DNA of 64,000 bases from Eledone cirrhosa (GCA_964016885.1 OZ024749.1:35216001-35280000), one strand, 5' to 3'. Shown: positions 41,586 through 54,885, counted from the first letter of the stretch. Numbers and translations: made by a program. Notes: generated by a model from the sequence alone, not told the origin.

Positions 41586-41788
41586 CAAACAGCAAAAACA
41601 GCAAAAGATACAAACCCACACACACACATAAAACACACATAGACATGACAAACACAAACACACACATACAGATGCAGGCACAACCGCATGCGCAGACACG
41701 GAAAAATGAAAAATCACCACAAAAAAAAAACAAAGACAAGATGGAGTAGAAGTTTAAGACCAGGAAAAAGAGGAGGCACAAAACAGAT

Positions 41789-41833
41789 AATCATTGAGGA
41801 GGTCACAGAATGTGTGAGGAAAGAACTTTGATA
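41789..41833 (+). ncRNA. Degenerate family H1 hammerhead-like copy
   Basis: TCA TTGAGGA G GTCACA GAATG TGTGAG GAAA GAACTT TGA. Confidence 0.5.
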
Positions 41834-42088
41834 AACAAATGAATAATAAAGATAAAGTAAAAATTATATGGTGCATATGTTTCTTTCTATTGACAATATT
41901 TGCATGATAACCATCCCCAAATATAACAATATTGGTTTCAACAAATGATTTCACATCAAGACTCTTGGAGAACAAATACATAATATATATATATATGTAT
42001 ATATATATATAACAAAGGAATTGTGGTAAGGAACCAGATGGACCATAACGCACCAGAGTACTCAATACTTAGGGTAGTAGAGTGGGAA

Positions 42089-42203
42089 ATAGGAAAAGGT
42101 ATGACCCCAACGGCAGAGCTCAAGCTGTTTCGACGGCTATTTCTGGACGAAATAGCAGAGCCGTCGAAATGGCTTGAGCTCGGCCGTCGGAGTCATACCT
42201 TTT

Positions 42204-42237
<34 letters not shown>

Positions 42238-42254
42238 TAAATGTCTATATATGT

Positions 42255-42308
<54 letters not shown>

Positions 42309-42415
42309 ACATATATAGACATTTATGAATATATATATATATATATAGGAAAAGGTATGACTATATATATATATATATAAATATATTCATAAATGTCTAT
42401 ATATGTCAATATATA
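42089..42415. repeat. Nested fold-back structure: GC-rich hairpin 42089-42208 plus (TA)n-centred palindrome 42191-42362
   Basis: ATAGGAAAAGGTATGAC and ATTCATAAATGTCTATATATGTCAAT each occur three times in alternating orientation. Confidence 0.9.
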
Positions 42416-42623
42416 TCATCATCATCATCATCATCATTTTACGTCCGCTTTTCCCTGCTTGCAAGGGTGGGACGGGTCTTATTCAGCACAGCATCTCTCC
42501 ACTCGTCACGGTCCCTCGTCATCTCCACCGTGAGCTTCAATGATCTGAGGTCTGTTCTCACCACCTCCGCCCATGTTTTTCGTGGTCTACCTCTACCACG
42601 TCTTCCTTCAACTGGCAATTCCA
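42416..42623 (-). mobile_element. Young RTE LINE 3' end
   Basis: [61 protein letters not shown] followed by (TGA)n. Confidence 0.9.
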
Positions 42624-42631
42624 ATATATAT

Positions 42632-42708
<77 letters not shown>

Positions 42709-43040
42709 TATATATATTAGTGTTTGCCTATGTGCATAGATGCATGAATATATTGAGATAGGTTTCAGCATGACATTGGCTGCAGAAACTACAATTAATT
42801 GTTACTGATAATGTCTCCATGTGAGTGGGTTTATTATCAAGAACAATGTGGTCTCTCTCGCTCTCTTATCATGTGTGTATAGGAGGCGGCGGTGTCAGTG
42901 TGTGTGTGTGGTGAAGGCAGGGGAGGGAAATAGGAAAGTGAGCCTTGATACCTTAATAGAATCATCTAACAGTATATATGTATATCATGGTAATTTATAT
43001 ATGCAATTTACATCTGTCAGTGTTTATATTTATAAGTATG

Positions 43041-43087
<47 letters not shown>

Positions 43088-43103
43088 GGAGAGAGAGAGA
43101 GAA

Positions 43104-43138
<35 letters not shown>

Positions 43139-43227
43139 ATATCTGTTAGTATATATATATATATATATATATGTATAGTAATAGTTTGGTAAAAGATATC
43201 TAAGTTGTTGTCTTCATTGTAGTAATA

Positions 43228-43416
43228 ATTGTTTCTATTTTTGGCACAAGGCCAGCAATTATCCCAGTGTATTACTGGTATTTTATTTTATCGCCCCCGT
43301 AAGGATGAAAGGCAAAGTTAACCTCGGCGGGATTTGAACTCAGATCATAAAGGGACGTAACTCTTTGCTGCAAAGCATGGTGTCCGACCCTCTACCGATA
43401 CTGTCAATCCACCCCC
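43228..43416 (-). mobile_element. SINE family A with TSD
   Basis: Consensus match; TCATTGTAGTAATAAT on both sides. Confidence 0.9.
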
Positions 43417-43445
43417 TCATTGTAGTAATAATAATAATAATAATA

Positions 43446-43478
<33 letters not shown>

Positions 43479-43573
43479 TATACACACACATACACACACA
43501 TATATATATATATAAAGAGAGAGAGAAAATGGTAGACTATATATATATATATATATATATCATCTATATATAT

Positions 43574-43610
<37 letters not shown>

Positions 43611-43874
43611 TACGATATTAACAAATGGAAACTATATTTATAAAACCATATTTATTTCCTTATACATATTTCAAGGACACCAAGTTAAATTATGGTGTGC
43701 TTTCATCAGTAATGGTTGCATTCTTTAAGGGTATGTCAATATTTATTTATAAAACTGTTCTATATTATATTTTATCTGATGAAAGCACACCATAATTTAA
43801 CTTGGTGTCCTTGAAATATGTTTAATGAAATAAATATGGTTTTATAAATACAGTTTCCATTTGTTAATATCGTA
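43611..43874. repeat. Inverted repeat (43611-43709 / 43776-43874) made of two divergent hammerhead copies
   Basis: The 99-bp arms have few mismatches and both begin exactly at CTGATGA. The left end abuts (TA)n. Confidence 0.9.
43769..43831 (+). ncRNA. Type I hammerhead ribozyme motif
   Basis: ATTTTAT CTGATGA AAGCACACCA TAATTTAACT TGGTGTCCTT GAAA TATGTT TA ATGAAAT. Confidence 0.75.
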
Positions 43875-43972
43875 TTTTTACTCCAAATATTTGTTGAGTG
43901 CTTTATATCAGTTATAAAAATATTTGCTTGTTGTATCCCAACAATTTAAATAGAACTTTTACATATATTTAC

Positions 43973-44380
43973 ATCATCATCATCATCGTTTAACGTCCAT
44001 ATTCCACGCTTGCATGGGTTTGGACGGGAGTTTTCCCACTTGAGGCAAGAGTGGTTGTCTTGCCTGCATAGGACTGTCTAGCGGGTTTTCTACGGCTGGA
44101 TGCCCTTCCTAACACCAACCACATTTACAGTGTGGAACTGGGAGGTTTTTACCGTGTTACCTACACGGCCACATTACAGCGTGGACTGTGTGTGTTTTTT
44201 TGTCGTGACACCTACACGACCTCATTTGTTTCGGACTGGATGTTGTGGTACCAACATAACTTTACATTGAAAGGGGCGGTGTGGATGGGGTGGGGGTAGT
44301 GGGACGGGGGTGTATTTTGTTAGAGGTGCCTACTGACTGTAGTAGGTTTCACTTTGTATTTAGGTAAGGCGGGTCTTCTC
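43973..44380 (-). mobile_element. 5'-truncated RTE LINE 3' UTR
   Basis: Reverse complement of 57475-57892. Confidence 0.85.
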
Positions 44381-44470
44381 TATTACATATATATATATTA
44401 CATCTGTCAGAAATGTGTGTAACTCTTGGTTAGTATTTTCACATCTACTGCCTGTGTTGTATAGGCTTAC

Positions 44471-44510
44471 AAATTGTGACATGACTCTTTCATTATATTT
44501 TCTCATTAAC
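44471..44510 (-). CDS. Candidate coding exon
   Basis: Long pyrimidine tract + ttaag| acceptor and |GTAAGC donor; LMRKYNERVMSQF; phase 2 matches the upstream exon. Confidence 0.5.
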
Positions 44511-44617
44511 CTTAAATAGAAGAGAAAGAGAGAGATTATGCTTAAATGACGATGGAAGGATAAAGAGGAGGAAAATCACTGATGTGTAGGGGTGTAGGAG
44601 AAAGAAGAGGGTCAAGA

Positions 44618-44890
44618 AGGTGGAGGTGGTGTGTATGTCCAGTGTAGTCAGTACAAGGTGGAAGGTGGTGTGTGTGTCCAGTGTGGTCAGTACAAGGTGG
44701 GAGGTGGTGTGTGTGTCCAGTGTGGTCAGTACAAGGTGGGAGGTGGTGTGTGTGTCCAGTGTGGTCAGTACAAGGTGGGAGGTGGTATGTGTGTCCAGTG
44801 TGGTCAGTACAAGGTGGGAGGTGGTGCGTGTGTCCAGTGTGGTCAGTACAAGGTGGGAGGTGGTGTGTGTGTCCAGTGTGGTCAGTACAA
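44618..44890. repeat. 39-bp minisatellite, 7 copies
   Basis: Unit GGTGGGAGGTGGTGTGTGTGTCCAGTGTGGTCAGTACAA. Confidence 0.95.
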
Positions 44891-45594
44891 GACCAGTTAA
44901 AGCAGATCATTGACTTTATTGATGTTACTACTCAAGTGAAATGATTTCCTCTCACTGGCACTAATGGCTGTAGTTTCACACTTGAATGACAATATACATA
45001 CATACACACATACATACACACAAATATACATACAAATATACCTACATGCATAGATACATACATTCATACATAAATAAATAAATACAAACATACATACGTG
45101 CATATCATTTAACATTAATTTTCCCTACTATCAAGATTTGATTGGGTTGTCACAGACCAAGTCAGTAGTTAATTGGGGCTACTGACCTCCCAGACCGACT
45201 GGGGATCTGTTTCTCACTTACACATGTTCCAGCACTCTACAGAGTGTACTAGGTGCATCTCATCATGGCACTAGCTTTAGAAAGGTTGCCATATCTTTAG
45301 CACATATCTTCTTGACAATTTGTTTGGCATGTTTTCTATAGCTGTATTTCCTTCCAATAACCAACTACTTTACAGGGTGTACTGGGTGTATTTTATCATG
45401 CCACCAACACTAGAGGGATTATTGTACTCATAATACAATTGAAAAGTCCTCTTGACCAATATTGATATGGTTTCTGCAGCTAGTTACACACAATATATAT
45501 ATAATTGCTTGATGTGTAACATTCAGTTACTGATGGTTCATCAGTTTAAGCACTAAATGGTCTCATGTGGATCCATCCAGCTATCAGAACTCAC

Positions 45595-45654
45595 AGAAAC
45601 AAACACAGGCAGAAATAATATCCAACAAAGAAGGAACCATTAAAATACCATTCA
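45595..45654 (-). CDS. Candidate coding exon
   Basis: ctcatttctatacacag| acceptor and |GTGAGT donor; EWYFNGSFFVGYYFCLCLF. Confidence 0.5.
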
Positions 45655-45990
45655 CTGTGTATAGAAATGAGAGTTCATGCTGATACCAACTTTGTATTGA
45701 ACTTTACATAGATATCACCTCTAATAAACTATCATAACCTCTAATTATATTAAACCCTATAACATATATCACCCCTAATATATCCCTAATGATTATATAT
45801 ATACCCCCCACCTCTCTCTCTATATATATATATACAAGTGGAAGCTTAGTAAAATCGAAGCTTTGGCTGTGGCAAGCAAAGTCGACCTACAATAGGAATG
45901 AGTTAGCAAAGCACTCAATAAGGGTAGGTCCTTAGAGTAATAACATACGTTTAAATAGCTTGACAAATTGAACATTGCGGTAGGCAAAAC

Positions 45991-46041
<51 letters not shown>

Positions 46042-46155
46042 TATAGGTGTGGGTAGTGACTGCATTGTTTCTTTCCAGGGACTATGTTGAAAAATAAACC
46101 TCATTTGGTCATTACATGAGAGTATTTTGGACAGCTTATGAACTTTTCAGTTGAC

Positions 46156-46227
<72 letters not shown>

Positions 46228-46381
46228 ACACACACACACATACATACATATAAATCAAGATGGATTCAGTTTGAAACTGGTTAGACCATTACTCAACAGA
46301 GTACTCGATACTTGGGGTAGTAGAGTATGGAACTAGCTGTTGAAACAGCAAGAGCTCAGCCATCAGGTTCCGACTCTATAA

Positions 46382-46432
<51 letters not shown>

Positions 46433-46433
46433 G

Positions 46434-46676
46434 GTTGTGGAGGTGCCTTGGCAAAAAAGCACCCAGGCCCACACTGTAAAGTGGACGTGTAGGCGCCACG
46501 AAAAAGCACCCAGCACTCACTGTAAATATGGTTGGTGTTAGGAAGGGTACCCAGCTGTAGAAATCAAGCCAAATCAGTTCCTGTATGAGCAAGGCATGGT
46601 CAGCCGACCAGACAACCCGTCTAACCCATGCTAGCGTGGAAGAACGAACGTAAAACGGTGATGATGATGATGATGA
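46434..46676 (+). mobile_element. RTE-related non-autonomous element (family C)
   Basis: Duplicated AAAAAGCACCCAG..CACTGTAAA module, GTTAGGAAGGG motif and ACCCATGCTAGCGTGGAAGAACG tail; second copy at 54616-54885 (-). Confidence 0.8.
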
Positions 46677-47019
46677 TATATATAGCTCTAATATCTATTA
46701 TAGCGAACAATACAACATAAGATATCTGTACACATTTGTGACGTATAATAGATACATTACTAATGTGCTCCACCACCCCCTCCTCTGTTATGTTTTTGTT
46801 TCCTCATTAAACCACTTCTCAGTTATTTTTCCACTTCACTAGATGAAGAGTATAATGAAGTTTTTGGAGTTGAATTAGTTGTAGCTGGCAGTAAACAATG
46901 TGGTGGGAGAGTTTGGAATATAAGGGTGGTTGTGGCGGTTAGAATATAGTAGGGAGAGAGGGTATAATGCAGGGGAGGGGGTTATATTACAGGCTTTAGA
47001 ATATATTGGCGTGGTGGTG

Positions 47020-47437
47020 TGGTGTTTAGAATACAGGGGATTGTATAACAGAGGAGGGTGTGGTGGTATTTAGAATAGAATAGGGTATGGTGGTGGTGTC
47101 TAGAATACAACAGAGGGTGGTGGTGTTTAGAATAGAACAGGGTATGGTGATGGTGTTTATAATACAGGAAGGGTGGTGGTGTTTAGAATAGAACAGGGTA
47201 TGGTGGTGGTGTCTAGAATACAACAGAGGATGGTGGTGTTTAGAATAGAACAGGGTATGGTGATGGTGTTTATAATACAGGAAGGGTGATGGTGTTTATA
47301 ATACAGGAAGCGTGGTGTATTTATAATACAGGAAGGGTGGTGTATTTATAATACAGGAAGGGTGGTGGTGTTTATAATACAGGAAGGGTGGTGGTGTTTA
47401 TGATACAGGAAGGGTGGTGGTGTTTAGAGTACAGGGT
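47020..47437. repeat. ~26-31-bp GGT-rich minisatellite
   Basis: TTTATAATACAGGAAGGGTGGTGGTG and TTTAGAATAGAACAGGGTATGG variants. Confidence 0.85.
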
Positions 47438-47520
47438 GGGCAAGGGCTTTTTATAATTGGAGAAGATGATGAACTTTTTTCTTTTGAAATAAGTGCCTAT
47501 TAGTAGCTTTAGTAACTAAC

Positions 47521-47606
47521 AGCATGAAATTGAATGGTTGAAAATTACACTTAAAGTCCAGACAGAGAGGAGCCAAAGTTTGAGACAAACATGACCATGT
47601 TTTTAG
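47521..47606 (-). CDS. Candidate coding exon
   Basis: Weak atatag| acceptor and |GTTAGT donor; LKTWSCLSQTLAPLCLDFKCNFQPFNFML; phases 0->2 bridge its neighbours. Confidence 0.35.
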
Positions 47607-48674
47607 CTATATCAATGTCCTTCCTCTTCATTACTTAAGTTGGAAATATCTTATAAATTATTCATAACAAACAAATTGAAAAACAAAATATTTTTACTGA
47701 ATTTTCATTCTCAATACAAAATATAAAAGACATTAAATCATTTTCTGTCATAATTTATTAAAATTTCTATTTATTATTTGTCTCAATTCATGAACAACAA
47801 CAATATTATTATATCTAATGTTGGTTGCTACACATATTTTATTTATTTAGTGTGGGTGTCTCTCTATAAAGAATAAGATTTGAGAGGACATTTTAGTTAC
47901 AGTATGACAACCACCCTAGTGTTGGTGATAGGATGGACATTATCCACCTACCTGTAGAAACCATACCACCCCCAAACAGGGGTGGGTGGGTGGGGGTGAA
48001 AGGACTCACAGCAACCTCCCTTGGTGTTGGTGATTTGATAAAATGCACCCAATACACTCTATAAAGTGCTCTGTGATAGGAAGGGTATCCAGTAGTTAGA
48101 CAACTTGTGAAAAAAATTGTTGAGAGGATTCTTCAGTTGTGCTAAAGACACAACAACCTCTCTAGAGTGCAGGAATGTATGTAAATGAGATACAGCCCCA
48201 TCCCCAGAATTGACTGACTGAGAGGTCAGTAGTTCTGTTTAAGAACTGACTTGTTCTGTGATGACCCATCAAAACCTAGCAGACAGACTGGACATTAAAT
48301 GATCACACACACACATATATGTATAAGATATTACTAATTGATACTAGTAAGACCATTATTCAACTTAGTATTCCATACTTTAAAGTAGAGTGTAGATATT
48401 AATAAAAATAATTTTTTCTACTTTTGGCACAAGGCCAGCAATTACACAGTACATGACTGGTACTTTATTTTATCGACCTCGTAAGGATGAAAGGCAAAGT
48501 TAACCTCGGTGGGATTTGAACTCAGAATGGCAAGGGCCGTTACTCTATGCTTCAACTATAAGTAATGTAATCCCTACAGTCAAGCTTAAACCATTTCAGA
48601 AATGGTCCAAGTTTGACTACAGGGCTTACATGTTTCTAAATAATATATATTTCCTGGCTATGTGTTGTTGTTAC

Positions 48675-48814
48675 CTTCTGTCCAAACTCTACACACAGGC
48701 TCTGTTCATAGCCCCTCAAAACCCAACTGTTAATTATTGTGAATATCTGGTTAACTTGAGAAACATTGGGAAAAAACTGAACTATAGTTCTCCTAATGTA
48801 ACGATAGTTTATCA
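48675..48814 (-). CDS. Candidate coding exon
   Basis: tcatttatag| acceptor and AAG|GTAACA donor; INYRYIRRTIVQFFPNVSQVNQIFTIINSWVLRGYEQSLCVEFGQK. Confidence 0.55.
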
Positions 48815-49123
48815 CTATAAATGATAGGTGAGAAAATTGGGTAAAGTACTCCTGGAGATGGTAAAAGGTAGACAAAGGTGCCTGCTAGGAAGTGAAACCT
48901 TGCACCCGAAACCCACACACATATATGTATGTGTGTATATATATATGTGTATATATATATGTGTATATATATCTGTTGCTTGTCAAAACTGTTGTGCTTT
49001 CTCTGAACCAAGTACACAATTTAAAACACCTTTGACATTACACAACAAACTCAAACTAATTATAAGAACAATATTTCTAATAATTTAATTAATTATCAAT
49101 TTTTGCTAAAGAAAATATCATAC

Positions 49124-49160
49124 CAGGTGAGATCCGAGATCCAAGGGGAAAGGTTTCGGA
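49124..49160 (-). CDS. Candidate short coding exon (may start at 49187)
   Basis: aaccag| acceptor and CTG|GTATGA donor; SETFPLGSRISP; phase 1 joins the exon starting at 48814. Confidence 0.4.
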
Positions 49161-50537
49161 CTGGTTAACATCCATATCAATACAAACCTCTCACACAAAC
49201 AACATTAAATGACATATTACAATAAATTTATAGAAATTATCATTAAAAAAAAAAAATTAAATTTCCTATTTTTACAGATAAATTTAGTTGTCTATTTTTT
49301 GAAGTTTACTAATTTTTGTTCATGACAGAATTATTTAAGTTTCAAATTTTGTATTTTTTTTAAAGGGTCCCAAGAATTTATTTTGAGATGTTCTAGAGAG
49401 ATCTAATTTTGAAATCTTTATAGAATTGTCCTGGTAATTTTAAATATATTAACTGTAAATAAATTGAAGACAGTTTTATATTTCAAATTTCATTTATCAT
49501 TTTACTGTTTTACAGGCTTTAATAATTAGACTGTGGTCATGCTGGAGCCCCACCTTGATTTAATTGACCATATCGAGCTCAGTACTTATTTTTTTTTTCT
49601 AGGCAAAGGCTAGTACTTATTTTATCAATCTGTTTTTGTTAAACAATTAAGGAACAGGACACACAGACACACACAGGTTTCATCTGTTTCTGTCTACCAA
49701 ATTCCACTCGGAATTTGGTAAACATTAATCAACCCAAAGCTACATAGTAGAGACACTTGCACATGGTGCTGCACAGTGAGACTGAATCCAGAATAATGTG
49801 GTTAAGGATTTCAATGATTAGTATTTGAAACAATAATTGTTTGAAGGCAGCAACAAGAACAAGAACTACAACAACAACAACTACAATAACAACAACTACA
49901 AGAAGAACAACAACTAGAACAATGACAACAAGAACAACAACTAGAACAACAACAACAACAACAGTGAGAATATCAACAACTAAATAAAATAATAAATAAT
50001 GCTATAATTTATTTTTAGATATTTTATATTATTTTTTTTAACTATTTAATTATTTAGAATTGTTATGCATTCAGATGTGAAAGAGAGCTATCTTAAATAA
50101 CAACACTCCACTCTCTCTCTCTCTCTCCACGCTCTGCCTACCACTTTTGTCCTCAGGCCAACACTGAGTACTGATGTTTCATCTACTTGCCATGCATGGG
50201 TGGATATAAAAGTGAAGAACTCCCATTTTGTGATATTGAGGGTAAGATCTATAGATGAAAAGAATGGAGAGAGAGAGAGAGAAGGGGGGGGGGGAGCAAC
50301 AGATCAACATAAGGATTGAGAGAGAGGGAGGGAGAGAGAGAGAGAGAGAGGGGGGGCGGATCGACATACCGATTGAGAGAGAAAAAGAGAGAGAGAAACA
50401 GGTTGACATACAAATTGAGAGAGAGGGAGGAAGAGAGAGAGGACAGATCGACATACCGATTGAGAGAGACAGTGAGAGAGAGAGAGAGAGAGAGAGTGAG
50501 AGAGAGCAGAGAGAGAGAGAGCAGAGAGTGAGAGAGA

Positions 50538-50596
<59 letters not shown>

Positions 50597-51453
50597 ATTT
50601 TTAAATCATTAAAAATAACTAAAATAAAATAAAATAAAATAAAATGAAATAAATAAGCAGCAATTATTTTAGCAATCTAAACATTTAATTGGTTGTTCAG
50701 AAGAGTGTGAAGAATCCGGAATTGTGAGTTTGATATAAAACTATTACAGTTCACTAACTCCCATTTAATTAACAAAGACATTTTATAACATTTCTAGAGA
50801 TAAATAATAAATAAACTGATAGAATTTCCTCCATTGTAGAGAGAGAGAGGGGGGGGGGCAACCCAACACTGCTGTCCTCGGCACTGTTGTCACCACTACC
50901 GCCATCACCACCACCACCACCACCACCACTGCCATCACCACCATCACCACCACCGCCGCCACCACCACCATCACCAAGGCTACCACCAGAGGAGAGTGAA
51001 GAGAATAGAGAAAGAGAAATAGAGAGAAGGGGAGACAAAGAGAGAAAGAGAAAGAGAAAGTTTGACACAGGAAGGGTATCCAACCATGAACATAACAATT
51101 TCACTTTTCTATTCATTTTGCAAGATTTTTTTTTTTATGTGAAATCATGTGTGATATAATGGTTGAGGTGTTGGACTCAAACTGATAAAGTTATGAGTTT
51201 GATTCTTGGACACTGTATCCTTGAACAAGATACTAAATTTCATGTCGCCCCAGGCCATTTGGATGGCAAAAAAATGATTGTACTTATAATTAAAATGGTC
51301 AACTTTGCCATGCTGAATATGCTTTCTTTGTTAACCACAAGGGTAGACATAAAGTATAACATTAAGGACAGCATAGGACAGTACAAATGGGCATTCCTGC
51401 ACGTGAAAAAAACAAAAACAAAGGATGTAACAAAAAAAACAAAAAAACTTAGG

Positions 51454-51698
51454 TAATTAATCCTTCAATCAATTGATTAATAAACCAACTGATTGTTAAA
51501 GTCCTTTCGTCACAGTCTGTCACCTTATCAGTGACTTTTGTCCTCTGTCTATTATTCATTCACACTTAATTGTAAAGATGAAGTGTGAACAAAGAGACAC
51601 AGAGGGAAAAAGTTATTGATAAGGTCCCAGATTGTGATGAAAGGACTTTGACAATTAATTAGTCAGTTGATTAAACCAACCAATGAATGGATTAATTA
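51454..51698. repeat. Old imperfect fold-back of two divergent family H1 hammerhead-like copies
   Basis: Left arm (minus) GTCA CTGATAA GGTGACAGACTGTGAC GAAA GGACTT TAAC; right arm TTGATAAGGTCCCAGATTGTGAT GAAA GGACTT TGAC. Confidence 0.75.
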
Positions 51699-52298
51699 CT
51701 GAATAACAGTGAAGTGAATGTGTTTTAGTTGGCAGCATGATCCTTCTAAATTGTAAATCAACAAAATCAACAAATATATCTGAGCCCACCAAATCACATA
51801 ACTCCTTAAATATGACCCCTTCTCAAACACAATGCTGTAAACATTTTGTTCTTTCTTTTCACAACAGCACACCTCTTAAGCCCTCTATCCTCACCCACAT
51901 ATTCCCTGCAGGAATGGATACTTACATATCATACACCTGTACAAACCACATTTTACTGCAAAGCATTTTATCTAATGATCTATCGATTTTGCGAATCCAC
52001 TGCCCTGAATAATAATAATAATAATATTAGTAATAATAATAATACAATGTGTGTTTGTGAGTCTGCCTCTGTGTGAGTGTGTGTGTGTGTATTCTAAGGA
52101 AAAGGAACCAAATTATCTGGTTGTCGATCAAAGAATCACTCCCGGAGAATAAATAGTAAAATACGTTGAATGATTAAAAAAACAATACAAAGAATAAAAA
52201 CTCTTTTCTTTCTCTCTACCGTGAAATTGGTGGTTACATAGTTCCATGTCATTATAGTTTTGTTTCATTTATATAGAGTAGTAGTAGTAGTAGTAGTA

Positions 52299-52349
<51 letters not shown>

Positions 52350-52445
52350 CATACATATGTATCACATATATATGATTATATATATATATATATATATATT
52401 GCGAAACTAATAAGACTTTTTGTACCTCTATTTGTCGTTTTCTTG

Positions 52446-52499
<54 letters not shown>

Positions 52500-52542
52500 G
52501 AAAGGTATAGAAAGTATTGTAGCAATATATATATATATAAAC

Positions 52543-52648
52543 CCTGAAGAAAAATTCTGGTAGAAGTTTGTTATTTGGTAAGGAATAAAGGAATATTTCC
52601 GTAGTAGGGATAATGGATAATTTTATTTGAGGAATGTTTGACAGAGAG
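52543..52648 (-). CDS. Candidate coding exon
   Basis: (CT)n + ttgttccag| acceptor; [35 protein letters not shown]; weak donor. Confidence 0.3.
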
Positions 52649-52656
52649 CTGGAACA

Positions 52657-52734
<78 letters not shown>

Positions 52735-53119
52735 GAGAGAGAAAAGAACAGCCATAAGTCATAGAAAGTGTTAATTTAACATAGATCACTTGTTTTCCTT
52801 TTTTTGCCTCCCCAGAAAAGTCTTGGAACAACAAAGTAGTAAGTGATAGTAGTAGTAGTAATAGTAGTTTGTAGTAGTTACAATGCTGATAATAGTAATA
52901 ATAATAATAATAATCCTAATGGTAATGATGATGATGATGATGATGATGATGATGCCAATAACAACAATAACAATAATACATGTTCTCTAATGAAGTGAAC
53001 TAAGCCTAAATCATTGTGTGATGTTATTTTATTAAATTTTCTACAAGTTACTTGGTTAAAAACTAAAAGATACAGAAAGAAATTATTGTCAGGCATCTTT
53101 TTACTGCCAGGAATTATAT

Positions 53120-54356
53120 GTGTACCGAGTGGATCATGTGGTGGTGGTGGTGGTGGTGGTGGTGTGGTGGTGGTGGTGGTGGTGGTAGTGTGGTGGTGGT
53201 GGTGTGGTGGTGGTGGTAGTGTGGTGGTGTGGTGGTGGTGTGGTGGTGTGGTGGTGGTAGTGTGGTGGTGTGGTGGTGGTGGTAGTGTGGTGGTGTGGTG
53301 GTGTGGTGGTGTGGTGGTGGTGTGGTGGTGGTGGTAGTGTGGTGGTGTGGTGGTGTGGTGGTGTGGTGGTGGTGTGGTGGTGTGGTGGTGGTGTGGTGGT
53401 GGTGGTAGTGTGGTGGTGTGGTGGTGGTGGTAGTGTGGTGGTGTGGTGGTGTGGTGGTGGTGTGGTGGTGGTGTGGTGGTGTGGTGGTGGTGGTAGTGTG
53501 GTGGTGTGGTGGTGTGGTGGTGGTGTGGTGGTGGTGTGGTGGTGGTAGTGTGGTGGTGTGGTGGTGGTGGTGGTAGTGTGGTGGTGTGGTGGTGTGGTGG
53601 TGGTGGTGGTGGTGGTGTGGTGGTGTGGTGGTGTGGTGGTGTGGTGGTGGTGGTGGTGTGGTGGTGGTGGTGGTATGGTGGTAGTGCGGTGGTAGTGTAC
53701 CGAGGTGGATCATGTGGTGGTGTGGTGGTGGTGGTGTGGTGGTGTGGTGGTGTGGTGGTGGTGGTGGTGGTGGTAGTGTGGTGGTGTGGTGGTGGTAGTG
53801 TACTGAGTGGATCTTGTGGTGGTGGTGGTGGTGGTGGTGTTGTGGTGGTGGTGGTGGTGGTGTGGTGGTGGTAGTGTGGTGGTGGTGGTATGGTGGTAGT
53901 GTGGTGGTGGTGGTGGTGTGGTGGTGGTGTGGTGGTGGTGGTGGTAGTGTGGTGGTGGTGGTATGGTGGTAGTGTGGTGGTGGTGGTGGTGGTGTGGTGG
54001 TAGTGTGGTGGTGGTGGTAGTGTGGTGGTGTGGTGGTGGTAGTGTACTGAGTGGATCTTGTGGTGGTGGTGGTGGTGGTGTGGTGGTGGTGGTAGTGTGG
54101 TGGTGGTGGTAGTGTAGTGGTGTGGTGGTGGTAGTGTACTGAGTTTATCTTGTGGTGGTGGTGGTGGTGGTGGTGGTGTGGTGGTGGTGTGGTGGTAGTG
54201 TACTGAGTTGATCTTGTGGTGGTGGTGGTGGTGGTGTGGTGGTGGTAGTGTACTGAGTTGATCTTGTGGTGGTGGTGGTGGTGGTGTGGTGGTAGTGTAC
54301 TAAGTTGATCTTGTGGTGGTGGTGTGGTGGTGGATCTTGTGGAAATGGTGGTGGTG
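53120..54356. repeat. (GGT/GTG)n array punctuated by a GTACTGAGT(G/T)GATCTTGT motif
   Basis: Motif variants at ~53121, 53696, 53799, 54043, 54135, 54199, 54249 and 54296. Confidence 0.9.
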
Positions 54357-54547
54357 ATATAGGAGAAGGAGGGGGAAATGAGGAAGAGAAAAAAGAGGAT
54401 ATGATTATGGTAGCTTTTACATGTACATGTGTTGTGGTTGTGTATACATACATGTTCATGTGGTGTAGTTGTAGCATTCTATACAAGCATGTACATGTGG
54501 TGTAGTTGTAACATGCAGTTTGGTTGCAGAAGTTTATACATACATAC

Positions 54548-54615
<68 letters not shown>

Positions 54616-54617
<2 letters not shown>

Positions 54618-54885
54618 TCATCATCATCACCGTTTTACGTCCGTTCTTCCAGGCTAGCATGGGTTAGACGGGTTGTCCTGTTGTGTGCAGTGTCTGGTCG
54701 GCTGACCATGCCTTGCTCATGCAGGAACTGATCTGGCTTGATTTCTACAGCTGGATGCCCTTCCTAACACCAACCTCATTTACAGTGAGTGCTGGGTGCT
54801 TTTTCGTGGCGCCTACACGTCCACTTTACAGTGTGGGCTGGGTGCTTTTTTGCCGTGGCACCTCCACGACCACCTTGCGGTGGGG
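54616..54885 (-). mobile_element. RTE-related non-autonomous element (family C)
   Basis: Reverse complement of the 46434 copy. Confidence 0.8.
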
